From an uncultured Porphyromonadaceae bacterium (GTDB lineage Bacteria; Bacteroidota; Bacteroidia; Bacteroidales; UBA11471): DNA of 64,000 bases. The position numbers and the translations under genes are program-made. Below are positions 33,233 through 42,541 of the stretch, one piece after another. The DNA is taken from NCBI GenBank assembly GCA_900547555.1, contig URHG01000007.1, forward strand, positions 454 to 64,453. Direction: 5' to 3'. Each line of letters opens with the position of its first letter. Positions within the stretch are counted from its first letter, which is position 1. The notes beneath the pieces are model-generated. The model did no database searches, was not told the DNA's origin, and saw only the letters and a program-made list of their open reading frames with translations.

Positions 33233-35158
33233 ATGAATTACGGATTTATAAAAACGGCAACCGCCATACCCGATTGTAAAGTGGCCGATTGTCTATATAA
33301 TAGCGGACAGATCATCGAGTTATTGCAGGAAGCCGACCGGCAGGAAATCGAAATCATCGTATTTCCGGAACTTTGCATCACCGGATATACATGCGGAGAC
33401 CTTTTCGGGCAATCGCTTCTGCTCGATGAAGCAGAAGCGGCACTATCCCGCATCGTAAACGCCACACAACAGACAAAAGCGCTGGCCATCGTCGGGTGTC
33501 CGCTGAGACAAGGCAACCGGCTCTTCAACACGGCTGTCGCCATAGGAAACGGAACTATTTACGGTATCGTACCCAAAAGTTTTCTGCCCAACTACAAGGA
33601 ATTTTACGAAAAACGGTGGTTTTGTCAAGCCGATGAAACCGATAGGGAAAGTATCACCTGCTGCGACATGGAAGTTCCTTTCGGCTCCAGACTGCTTTTT
33701 ACATCGGGAAAAGTGGCATTGGCCATAGAGCTATGCGAAGATTTATGGGTCGCCATACCTCCGGCATCATACCATGCCCTACACGGCGCCAATATTATCG
33801 CCAATCTCTCGGCCAGCAACGAATTGGTAGGGAAACACAATTACTTGCGCCAACTCATCGCGCAACAATCGGCCCGTACGGTATCGGCCTATCTTTACGC
33901 ATCGGCCGGACTCGGCGAGTCATCGACAGATGTGGTATTCGGAGGTAACGGCATCATAGCGGAAAACGGTCTCATACTGGCTGAAAGCCGCAGATTTTCT
34001 GACTCTTCGCAATTGATCATTTCCGAAATAGATATTGAGCGCCTCATGTGCGAACGGCTCGGAAATACAGGTTTTACCGATTGTATCGACAAAAATTCGT
34101 ACCGTACCATACCGGTCGAACTACCCTGTTATTCGATCACCCGACTCTCCCGTAAAATAGATCCGTACCCCTTTATTCCCCATATCGAACAACTGCTAAA
34201 CGAACGTTGCGAAGAAATCTTCAATATACAAGTCTCGGGGCTGGTCAAACGGTTTAAACACACAAACGCCCAAACCGCCGTTGTAGGAATCTCGGGAGGA
34301 CTCGATTCGACACTGGCTTTACTGGTGACGGTACGGGCTTTCGACCGATTGAACCTTTCCCGTAAACAAATACGGGGTATCACCATGCCGGGTTTCGGAA
34401 CAACCGACCGTACCTACAATAATGCTCTCGACCTCATGCGGTCACTGGGAGTAACGATACAGGAAATCGGTATCAAAGAGGCTTGTCTTCAACATTTCAA
34501 AGACATCGGGCACGACGTTACCGTACATGATGTTACTTACGAAAACAGCCAAGCCCGTGAACGAACCCAAATACTGATGGATATAGCCAACCAATCGAAC
34601 GGATTGGTGATCGGTACAGGCGATTTATCGGAACTGGCTTTGGGGTGGGCTACTTATAACGGCGACCACATGTCGATGTATGGTGTAAACGCCGGCGTGC
34701 CTAAAACACTGGTACGCCATCTCGTCAATTGGGTGGCTTCACAAGAGAATGATGAAAAAACCCGCGCCACACTACTCGACATCGTCGATACTCCCATCAG
34801 TCCGGAATTGATTCCGGCCGACGAGCAAGGTAACATCAAACAGAAAACCGAAGATCTTGTAGGGCCTTATGAACTGCATGACTTCTTCCTTTACTACTTT
34901 CTGCGTCATGGCTGCCAACCCGAGAAAATCTACTTCTTGGCACAAGAAGCCTTCGGTACGCAGTATGATCGCAAGGCCATAAAAAAATGGCTTACGACGT
35001 TTTTCCGTCGATTCTTCGCCCAACAATTCAAGCGGTCTTGCTTACCCGACGGCCCCAAAGTAGGATCGGTAAGTCTTTCTCCCAGAGGAGACTGGCGTAT
35101 GCCCAGCGATGCCTGCGCAACGTCATGGATACAAGCATGCGAAAGCCTTGAAATATAA
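33233..35158 (+). CDS. nadE: glutamine-dependent NAD+ synthetase
   Basis: CN-hydrolase half (FPELCITGY, ELCEDLW) plus PP-loop SGGLDS. The ORF-track start at 32192 is an antisense run-on through the DPP-IV gene; the ATG at 33233 is in frame. Confidence 0.9.
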   Translation: MNYGFIKTATAIPDCKVADCLYNSGQIIELLQEADRQEIEIIVFPELCITGYTCGDLFGQSLLLDEAEAALSRIVNATQQTKALAIVGCPLRQGNRLFNTAVAIGNGTIYGIVPKSFLPNYKEFYEKRWFCQADETDRESITCCDMEVPFGSRLLFTSGKVALAIELCEDLWVAIPPASYHALHGANIIANLSASNELVGKHNYLRQLIAQQSARTVSAYLYASAGLGESSTDVVFGGNGIIAENGLILAESRRFSDSSQLIISEIDIERLMCERLGNTGFTDCIDKNSYRTIPVELPCYSITRLSRKIDPYPFIPHIEQLLNERCEEIFNIQVSGLVKRFKHTNAQTAVVGISGGLDSTLALLVTVRAFDRLNLSRKQIRGITMPGFGTTDRTYNNALDLMRSLGVTIQEIGIKEACLQHFKDIGHDVTVHDVTYENSQARERTQILMDIANQSNGLVIGTGDLSELALGWATYNGDHMSMYGVNAGVPKTLVRHLVNWVASQENDEKTRATLLDIVDTPISPELIPADEQGNIKQKTEDLVGPYELHDFFLYYFLRHGCQPEKIYFLAQEAFGTQYDRKAIKKWLTTFFRRFFAQQFKRSCLPDGPKVGSVSLSPRGDWRMPSDACATSWIQACESLEI

Positions 35159-35216
35159 TAATATACCCACGAAACAAACAACAGCCCCACCAATTAGCGG
35201 GGCTGTTGTTTTATAA

Positions 35217-36056
35217 TCATTGTTCGGTGAGACGAATGCCATCGTCGAGAATAACTATTACCCGCTTTTTATAAAGCGCCCCGATCGCCTTCTTGAAATT
35301 TTTCTTGCTGCAACCGAACGTCGACATAATCTCTTCGGCATCGGATTTATCATTGAGAGGTATAAACCCTCCTCTCTCCTGCAAAACAGCGAAAATTTCC
35401 CGAGAAAGCGGATCTACTCCCTGATAACCGGCCGGCTGCAATGCCACATCGATTTTTTCATCGGCCCGAATGTGGGTAACATATCCTCTCAACCTATCAC
35501 CCCGATGTACCGGCTTAAAAATCTCATTATGATAGATCATACCCCAATGGGCATTATCGACAATCACTTTAAAACCCAATTCGGTTTCCTGCGTAACCAA
35601 AATATCAACTTCCTGATTGAAGGTATAATCGACCGGTTTCCGCTGCAAGTAACGATTTAACTTGGCCGTTGCTACGATACGTCCGCTAACCTCATCGAGA
35701 TAGAGATACACGGCATAATATTTACCGGGAAACATTTCGGCCCGTTGTTCCCTAAAAGGGACAAGCAACTCTTTCGAAGCAAGTCCCCAATCGAGAAAAA
35801 CGCCTACGGAATTGACCGAATTGACTTTGAGTACGGCAAACTCGCCCACCAACGCGTAAGGACGTTCGGTCGTGGCGATAATGCGATCTTCGCTGTCGTA
35901 ATAAACAAAAACATCTATTTCATCACCGATTTTGCAATCCTGTGGGACATAGCGCAAAGGCAAAAGTATATCTCCTTTTTCCCCACCATCGAGATAAACG
36001 CCGAAATCGACAGCCCGAAGGACTTGCAACGTATTGTAATTTCCGATATTAACCAT
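35217..36056 (-). CDS. S1-like RNA-binding domain protein (CvfB/YitL family)
   Basis: Three S1-like repeats and a C-terminal winged-helix tail (KKNFKKAIGALYKKR). Confidence 0.75.
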   Translation of the reverse strand: MVNIGNYNTLQVLRAVDFGVYLDGGEKGDILLPLRYVPQDCKIGDEIDVFVYYDSEDRIIATTERPYALVGEFAVLKVNSVNSVGVFLDWGLASKELLVPFREQRAEMFPGKYYAVYLYLDEVSGRIVATAKLNRYLQRKPVDYTFNQEVDILVTQETELGFKVIVDNAHWGMIYHNEIFKPVHRGDRLRGYVTHIRADEKIDVALQPAGYQGVDPLSREIFAVLQERGGFIPLNDKSDAEEIMSTFGCSKKNFKKAIGALYKKRVIVILDDGIRLTEQ

Positions 36057-36163
36057 AAAAAAATCTTAACCTGCACAAATATACGACAACTATTCGGTTT
36101 ACCGTTTTTTTTCTATACATTTGTCGATAATAATCCGTACTCAAACCTCAAATCTACATCTTT

Positions 36164-37054
36164 ATGAGACGTTATAAAATAACCCTTGCTATCGCATGTA
36201 GCCTCTTTTGGGCAACATCGTGCCAATGGAACAGCGAAAACAAGGAAAAAACAGAAACTCCCGCCGTAGAAACAAAATCGTCTTCCGAGAAGCAACCGAT
36301 CAAACAGGCGGAGAATCTCTCATTCTCGAAATACAACTATTTCAAAAAAAGCCATATCGACGACAACACGAAACTTCCCGGCTGTACCATAGATATACAC
36401 ATCTCTTATCCTTCGGGAGGAAACACCGGAAACATGTCCTTAAATAAATTACAAACTCTCTTCCTCGCCTCTCTGCCCGACGGTATGCAAGAAAGCAACT
36501 CGCCCCGTACCGCCGTCGAACACTTCGCAAAAAATTATATCGCCGATTATCAGGCCGAGATAAAACCCTATCTCAAAAAACACAAACACCGCGATGAAGG
36601 GTGGATGAATTACGAAATAATCGTAAAAAGCGAGAACTTGTATAATTCCGATCTTTTTTGGGGATACAGTATCGAGACATACACGTTTACCGGTGGAGCA
36701 CACGGTATGACCACGACCTCATATAATGTTGTGGATCTGAAAAGCGGAAAAGCGCTATCGCTAAAAGACCTATTTGCCGAGAACGATTACAACCTGATAA
36801 ACCGCATGCTGTGTCAACAACTTGCCGACGATCTGGGTACAAGTGTCGATAAACTCGGTGAGAAAAGTTATGAAACCGAAAATATCATTGCCGATGACAA
36901 TTTCATGATAAGCGACAAAGGCATCACTTGGTTGTTCAATCCTTACGATATTGCACCATACTCGACCGGAACAACGCGCATCACGCTGCCCTACCGGGCT
37001 ATCGTGGGCTACCTCATCGCCAACTCTCCTTTGAAACGTATTGCATCGAAATAA
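36164..37054 (+). CDS. DUF3298/DUF4163 domain lipoprotein
   Basis: Lipobox-like WATSC. YTFTGGAHGMTT is the DUF3298 hallmark. Confidence 0.65.
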   Translation: MRRYKITLAIACSLFWATSCQWNSENKEKTETPAVETKSSSEKQPIKQAENLSFSKYNYFKKSHIDDNTKLPGCTIDIHISYPSGGNTGNMSLNKLQTLFLASLPDGMQESNSPRTAVEHFAKNYIADYQAEIKPYLKKHKHRDEGWMNYEIIVKSENLYNSDLFWGYSIETYTFTGGAHGMTTTSYNVVDLKSGKALSLKDLFAENDYNLINRMLCQQLADDLGTSVDKLGEKSYETENIIADDNFMISDKGITWLFNPYDIAPYSTGTTRITLPYRAIVGYLIANSPLKRIASK

Positions 37055-37067
37055 CCGAAAAGCGACC

Positions 37068-37688
37068 ATGCAGATCATCGAAAAATATTTTCCGAATCTG
37101 ACAAGTCGGCAACACGACCAGTTTGCCGCCCTGCAAGAGTTATATAACGACTGGAATGCCAAAATCAATGTGATTTCACGTAAAGACATCGATAACCTTT
37201 ATCCCCATCACATATTGCATTCCCTCGGTATAGCCAAAGTGATACAGTTCACACCCGAAACAACCCTCCTCGACGTAGGAACAGGAGGAGGATTTCCCGG
37301 CATACCCCTCGCCATACTCTTTCCCGAGTGCCGGTTCCATCTCATCGATCGCATCGGAAAAAAAATCAAAGTGGCACAGGAAATAGCACAAGCCATCGGA
37401 TTGCAAAATGTTACGTTTGCCCATTGCAGCGTCGAAGAAAACAAGAACAAATACGACTTCATCGTAAGCCGTGCCGTCATGCCTTTGGGTGATTTGTTGA
37501 AACTGATTCGCAAGAATGTGGGCAACCATCAACACAATGCCATGCCCAACGGCTTGATATGTCTTAAAGGAGGTGAAATACAGGGTGAAATAGCCCCAGT
37601 CAGACGCACAGCCATGATATTCGAACTGAAAGATTTTTTCGACGAAGAATTCTTTCAAACAAAAAAAGCCGTATACGTACCTATTTAA
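37068..37688 (+). CDS. rsmG: 16S rRNA (guanine527-N7)-methyltransferase
   Basis: DVGTGGGFPGIPLAI SAM motif. Start taken at ATG 37068; the ORF-track start at 37041 is TTG. Confidence 0.85.
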   Translation: MQIIEKYFPNLTSRQHDQFAALQELYNDWNAKINVISRKDIDNLYPHHILHSLGIAKVIQFTPETTLLDVGTGGGFPGIPLAILFPECRFHLIDRIGKKIKVAQEIAQAIGLQNVTFAHCSVEENKNKYDFIVSRAVMPLGDLLKLIRKNVGNHQHNAMPNGLICLKGGEIQGEIAPVRRTAMIFELKDFFDEEFFQTKKAVYVPI

Positions 37689-37699
37689 CCGACTGCGAT

Positions 37700-38344
37700 A
37701 TGTTGAAAATCAAATGTTTCGTATTCAATCCGGTGGCCGAGAACACATATATCGTATGGGACGACGAGTCCCTCGAATGCGCTGTCATCGATGCCGGTTG
37801 TTACTCGACAGAAGAAAAAAAAGAATTGCAAGAATACATCGAACATGAAAATCTGAAAGTCAAATACCTTTTGGCCACTCACCTGCATTTCGATCATATA
37901 TTTGGTAATACGTTCGTTTCCGAGACATTCGGAGTCGGACTATCGGCACATCATGATGATGAATTTATGCTCGACCAATTTTCAGAATGCACAGCCTTGT
38001 TCGGACTACAATCGACAGAAACTCCCGTACACGTAGACAGACACCTCACCGAGAGCGATATATTATCGGTAGGCCGTTACGATTTCTCGGTAATACATGT
38101 GCCGGGACACTCGCCGGGCAGTCTCGTATTTTACTGTGCCAAAGCCGGTGTAGCATTCTCGGGAGATGTTCTTTTCCAAAACAGCATAGGTCGTACCGAT
38201 CTTTGGGGAGGCAATTACGAAGTACTCATTTCGGGTATCCAAGAGAAACTATTTATCCTACCCGATTCCACCGTTACCTATCCGGGACACGGGCCGAGTA
38301 CGACAATCGGTTATGAAAAAACACATAATCCCTATTTGCAATAG
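37700..38344 (+). CDS. MBL-fold metallo-hydrolase (glyoxalase II-like)
   Basis: THLHFDH motif and PGHSPGS. Confidence 0.85.
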   Translation: MLKIKCFVFNPVAENTYIVWDDESLECAVIDAGCYSTEEKKELQEYIEHENLKVKYLLATHLHFDHIFGNTFVSETFGVGLSAHHDDEFMLDQFSECTALFGLQSTETPVHVDRHLTESDILSVGRYDFSVIHVPGHSPGSLVFYCAKAGVAFSGDVLFQNSIGRTDLWGGNYEVLISGIQEKLFILPDSTVTYPGHGPSTTIGYEKTHNPYLQ

Positions 38345-38359
38345 CCGGGCTATCGGATA

Positions 38360-38397
38360 AAAGAAGACCGCAGGGAAAATTCCCTGCGGTCTTCTTT
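38360..38397. terminator. bidirectional terminator hairpin
   Basis: AAAGAAGACCGCAGGGAA AT TTCCCTGCGGTCTTCTTT. Confidence 0.75.
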
Positions 38398-38410
38398 ATC
38401 AATAAATTCC

Positions 38411-39979
38411 TCAATTCACAAGAACTTTTTGCGTCGCAATAACTTGTCCTTGCGCACCGACCACCCTCACGATATAACGACCGGTAGAAACAGCCGCTGT
38501 CGAAAGACGATCTCCATACACATCAGCAATACACTGCCCCGATATGCTGTACAGTTGCATACGGACACCTTCTCCTGCATCAAATACTCTGACAGATGAG
38601 TAATCTACAACAATACGGACTTCACACTCTTCTTTCTCTTCGGCCGTTACACCCGAGGAGAAAGAGGACTCATAACAACCCAAATCGGGCGCCGTTCCCT
38701 TATACGGATAACCGCAATCGATACCGGCATCGATAAGACGACTGCCGCTCGACAAATGCAACAACGATGTTTCGGGCAGAGAACCGTCTTCGTTACGAGC
38801 GGCAATAGCTTCGGTTACATCAAGACCGACAAAATCGGCATCGCTACACGTAATACCCAAATTCCAAGTATTGTTTTTTGCATCGACCGACTTGCACGAC
38901 AATGCATTACTATTCTCGGAACGATAAGAAATGCAGTTACGGATTATCAAGGAACCATAAGACTTATTGGAAAAACCGTAATCGCGATTGTTTTTATAAG
39001 CCGTACAGTTATAAATTTTCATGGTTCCGGCATTATTGTTTTGGTCAAACCCTTTGGAAGGATTAGCAACCGCCAGACAGTTGACAAGCGTTACATTATG
39101 CTCGGTATTTTTTCCGCCCAACTTGAAGCCGTTTCCGTTGCCATAACAAGGATAGCTGGTCAATTCCTGTTCGGTAAATTGATCGAACCACTCCTTGTCG
39201 ACTTCATATCGGGGGTGATCATACATATCATATTCTTTCGGGCCATTGTCGTAACAAATACAATTTTCCATGACAGTATTGCCTACACGTTGAAAGAAAT
39301 CCCAGCCGTCATCGCCATTCGCCCAAGAGCGGCAACCGATATAAGTATTCGGTTCGGAGTTTTCATACTGTTTATCGGCAAAACCATCGGCATTTTCTCC
39401 ATAATTGGGAGATTCTATTCCCCCGTTTTTATAATCGAAATTATGGTGAGAATCGCAGTTTTTTATCGTATTTCCACCACCCGTCTTATGTTGTATGCCA
39501 GAATCGCCGCAACCATATACTTCGAGATTCTCGACAAGACAATAACTGGCATAATTGAGTAAACCGTTCTTTCCGGCGTAACGAATCGTAAAATCTTTCA
39601 AGTGAAAATAGACTCCGCCTTCCGACAAGCAAAGGCCGATATTGTTTGTACCCGATACTTCACTTCCGTATGGCTGTTTACGGTAATCAAGAATCGCTTT
39701 TTCACCCGGATATCCCGCAATAACAGTCCTTTTCGAACTCGTTCCTGATTTACCTTTTCCTACATTCACACGAGCTGAAAGATCATATTGTCCGCCCAAT
39801 AGATAAAGTGTATCTCCCGAAGAAATCTTATTGATACCGGAAGTAAAGGAACAAGGTTTCTCATAAGACGAACCATCGCCCGTCCCCACAGGGGAAGCAT
39901 AATAGACCTTACCGGCGGCATAAACCGACACCGACGGAAAAACGGTCGCAAATATTAATAAAAGTAGTATTTTCTTCAT
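38411..39979 (-). CDS. right-handed beta-helix (pectate-lyase-like) protein with T9SS C-terminal sorting domain
   Basis: Signal peptide MKKILLLLIFATVF when started at 39979. Repeated beta-helix turns (NCxxxxN). The C-terminal ~80 aa, ending GRYIVRVVGAQGQVIATQKVLVN, resembles a type A T9SS CTD. Confidence 0.6.
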   Translation of the reverse strand: MKKILLLLIFATVFPSVSVYAAGKVYYASPVGTGDGSSYEKPCSFTSGINKISSGDTLYLLGGQYDLSARVNVGKGKSGTSSKRTVIAGYPGEKAILDYRKQPYGSEVSGTNNIGLCLSEGGVYFHLKDFTIRYAGKNGLLNYASYCLVENLEVYGCGDSGIQHKTGGGNTIKNCDSHHNFDYKNGGIESPNYGENADGFADKQYENSEPNTYIGCRSWANGDDGWDFFQRVGNTVMENCICYDNGPKEYDMYDHPRYEVDKEWFDQFTEQELTSYPCYGNGNGFKLGGKNTEHNVTLVNCLAVANPSKGFDQNNNAGTMKIYNCTAYKNNRDYGFSNKSYGSLIIRNCISYRSENSNALSCKSVDAKNNTWNLGITCSDADFVGLDVTEAIAARNEDGSLPETSLLHLSSGSRLIDAGIDCGYPYKGTAPDLGCYESSFSSGVTAEEKEECEVRIVVDYSSVRVFDAGEGVRMQLYSISGQCIADVYGDRLSTAAVSTGRYIVRVVGAQGQVIATQKVLVN

Positions 39980-40142
39980 AGGCATAAATTTTGTCAAAGT
40001 ATTACATATCATGGCAAATATAGAGAGAAAAACCATAGATTAGATGTTAAACGACAAAATATTAACACTTAATCTACCTTATTCCGAATTATTTAATACA
40101 GTAAAAACGACGGAACAGAGTCAGAGGGGCACATTGCGTCTC

Positions 40143-40745
40143 CTACAAAAAGCCTTCCTGCCCAAACATAGAAGCATAGACCTCTGCTTTCTTTGACAAG
40201 GCCAATGGATATGCCCGGGAAGACGATGGCATACGATAAAATCGCACCTCTCTATCCTCAAAGTCAAACGGTGTGCAATACCCTATACGCGGCTCATCGA
40301 TTCCTGCGGAAAGACAGAATGTATCGGTGGCTTTCTGACCGGTCGCAACAACTGCAACACATTGCGGGAGACGACGCAACAAATCCCGCCAATCGGTAGG
40401 ACTCACCACTTCGAGAAACTTATCCGATGCATTATCTTTGAGGCGACGCACTTCTGTTGCCGTATCATATAATGCGATGCCTTTTTCCCGCAAAAAGATT
40501 TCGATACGACTCCTATCAAAACGTTTATGATCGGGCAACTCTGTAAAATAATCCTTATCCGCATAGAAAATTTTCCCCATAATGCGCCACATATCGTTGA
40601 GCCAATTCGGATAGAAAAAATCCATACACCAACGCTCCGGCTTCGGAGGAAAACTGCCTAACATCAAAACCCGGGCATTCGCCGGCAAAAAAGGCGGCCA
40701 CGGGTGTTTCTCAACAGGAATTTCACGGATAGGAACCATAATCAT
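40143..40745 (-). CDS. uracil-DNA glycosylase superfamily protein (deoxyinosine/hypoxanthine glycosylase-like)
   Basis: LMLGSFPPKPERWCMDFFYPNWLNDMWRI matches my recollection of the family-6 UDG signature. Start chosen at an internal Met. Confidence 0.6.
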   Translation of the reverse strand: MIMVPIREIPVEKHPWPPFLPANARVLMLGSFPPKPERWCMDFFYPNWLNDMWRIMGKIFYADKDYFTELPDHKRFDRSRIEIFLREKGIALYDTATEVRRLKDNASDKFLEVVSPTDWRDLLRRLPQCVAVVATGQKATDTFCLSAGIDEPRIGYCTPFDFEDREVRFYRMPSSSRAYPLALSKKAEVYASMFGQEGFL

Positions 40746-40872
40746 AAAATCTGCCGCTAAATTACGAAAAATACCCTTTGAAACAATATCGGGACAAAGG
40801 GTATTTCGTCTTTTGGAAAAACGAAGAAAAAAAATTTTCTCCAACAATCTTTGCAAGTATAAAAAATGATAC

Positions 40873-40880
40873 TATCTTTG
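40873..40880 (+). promoter_or_regulatory. -7 promoter box TATCTTTG upstream of tRNA-Asp
   Basis: TAnnTTTG match about 41 nt before the tRNA 5' end. Confidence 0.4.
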
Positions 40881-40921
40881 CACCGCAATTCGGTAGAGAT
40901 GCCGGTTGCAGACCCAGAAAA

Positions 40922-40995
40922 GGTGCGGTAGTTCAGCTGGTTAGAATACATGCCTGTCACGCATGGGGTCGCGGGTTCGAGTCCCGTCCGCACCG
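40922..40995 (+). tRNA. tRNA-Asp (GTC)
   Basis: Acceptor GGTGCGG / CCGCACC, D-arm TAGTTCAGCTGGTTAGAATA, anticodon loop CTGTCAC, T-arm GGGTTCGAGTCCC. CCA is not encoded. Confidence 0.9.
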
Positions 40996-41020
40996 CAAAA
41001 GCAAACAACAAATTAAAGCA

Positions 41021-41050
41021 AAGCTCTGAAATTCAAGGATTTCAGAGCTT
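41021..41050 (+). terminator. terminator after the tRNA
   Basis: AAGCTCTGAAAT ... ATTTCAGAGCTT followed by TTT. Confidence 0.65.
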
Positions 41051-41361
41051 TTTCTTCTTCCCCGCTTAGGCAAAAAATAGCGGTTTAAAGCAGTTCTCAC
41101 GAAACTTATTCACAGAACTTTTAGCATAGATTTTGTCCCACACATAGGAATAATTAATATTTGATAATCAGCGTTTTATATAGATATTTATACATAAAAA
41201 CCGATTCTATTCCACAGCAAAATACACAGCATAACATCATACATAAATGCCGCTTTTTATCTCCCCTTCGATACAAAACAAAGAGGGTAAGAATGCACTA
41301 TCGACTCCCCCTTATTTATGTTTTTCACCTGTAATAAATATTCTATATTCCGTAATTCATA

Positions 41362-41369
41362 TACCTTTG
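41362..41369 (+). promoter_or_regulatory. -7 promoter box TACCTTTG
   Basis: 30 nt before the ATG at 41399. Confidence 0.4.
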
Positions 41370-41398
41370 TAACAACAATTTTCCATAGATTTGCATTT

Positions 41399-42532
41399 AT
41401 GGAAAAGAAATACAAAAAGGTCATGATTATCATTTTGGTGCTCATCATATTGGGCTGTACATTCTTTACCCTCCTCAGACACCCATCTTTCGGCCGACTA
41501 CCGCACGGCGACCGGCAAGACCGTATCGAACGCTCTCCCCATTATAAAAACGGTCAATTCAGGAATCGTCTCCCGACGCCTACCATGACTTCCGAAAAAA
41601 GTCCTCTGCGTAATTTCTGGAATCTTTTCTTCGGTAAGAATCGGGACAGGAAACCCTCATACGCCCTCCCTGCTGTAAAGACCAATCTGCACGCTCTGAA
41701 CATAAATGATGATATTATCGTATGGCTGGGACATTCATCACTTTTTATCCAAAACGGCAGAAAACGATTCCTTGTCGACCCAGTATTGACCAATCGATTC
41801 CCCATGTCATTGATGTTCAAACCTTTTGAAGGAACAAATGTGTACACGCCAGAGGATATTCCGGCCATCGACTATCTGATAATCACCCATGACCATTGGG
41901 ATCATCTTGACTATTATACGGTAAAAGAATTGAAAAACCGCACGGGGAAAGTTTTTTGCGGTCTCGGTGTAGGCGAACATCTCGAATATTGGGGATTCTC
42001 TCCCGAACAAATCTGTGAAATGGACTGGAACGAAAATATGCATATTAACGACAGCCTTACGATCTACTGTTTACCGACACGGCATTTTTCGGGAAGGTGG
42101 CTTTCACGCAATAAAACGCTATGGGCATCGTTTCTTATCGAGGGTCGGCACAAAATTTATCTGTCGGGAGACGGTGGTTATGACAGTCATTTTGCCGAAA
42201 TAGGAAACCGTTTTCCCGACATAGACTGGGCGATTATGGAAAACGGCCAATATAATGCCGATTGGAAATACATACACATGATGCCCGACGAACTGCCTAA
42301 CGCCATAAAAGAGATCGCTCCCCGCAATGTTCTTACGGTACATCATTCGAAATTTGCTCTAAGCCGTCACAACTGGTACGAACCCTTATCGTCCATCAAA
42401 AAAGCCTCCCGAAACCAAACCTACCGTCTTTTTACCCCATTGATCGGGGAAGTCGTACCCCTTACCGGTGCAACGGAAACAACAGACCGCTGGTGGGAAA
42501 ATACGAATAATGTACCTTCCACCAAACAATAA
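41399..42532 (+). CDS. MBL-fold metallo-hydrolase (NAPE-PLD-like), membrane anchored
   Basis: N-terminal TM helix VMIIILVLIILG. ITHDHWDH motif. Confidence 0.75.
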   Translation: MEKKYKKVMIIILVLIILGCTFFTLLRHPSFGRLPHGDRQDRIERSPHYKNGQFRNRLPTPTMTSEKSPLRNFWNLFFGKNRDRKPSYALPAVKTNLHALNINDDIIVWLGHSSLFIQNGRKRFLVDPVLTNRFPMSLMFKPFEGTNVYTPEDIPAIDYLIITHDHWDHLDYYTVKELKNRTGKVFCGLGVGEHLEYWGFSPEQICEMDWNENMHINDSLTIYCLPTRHFSGRWLSRNKTLWASFLIEGRHKIYLSGDGGYDSHFAEIGNRFPDIDWAIMENGQYNADWKYIHMMPDELPNAIKEIAPRNVLTVHHSKFALSRHNWYEPLSSIKKASRNQTYRLFTPLIGEVVPLTGATETTDRWWENTNNVPSTKQ

Positions 42533-42541
42533 AGAATAAGA

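Noticed and set aside
40922-41050. tRNA-Asp as the attachment site of the mobile element
   Set aside because: No duplicated tRNA 3' segment is seen downstream. Ordinary chromosomal genes (MBL hydrolase, GH115) lie between the tRNA and the element. The true junctions are the TGGGCAA repeats inside the GH116-like gene.
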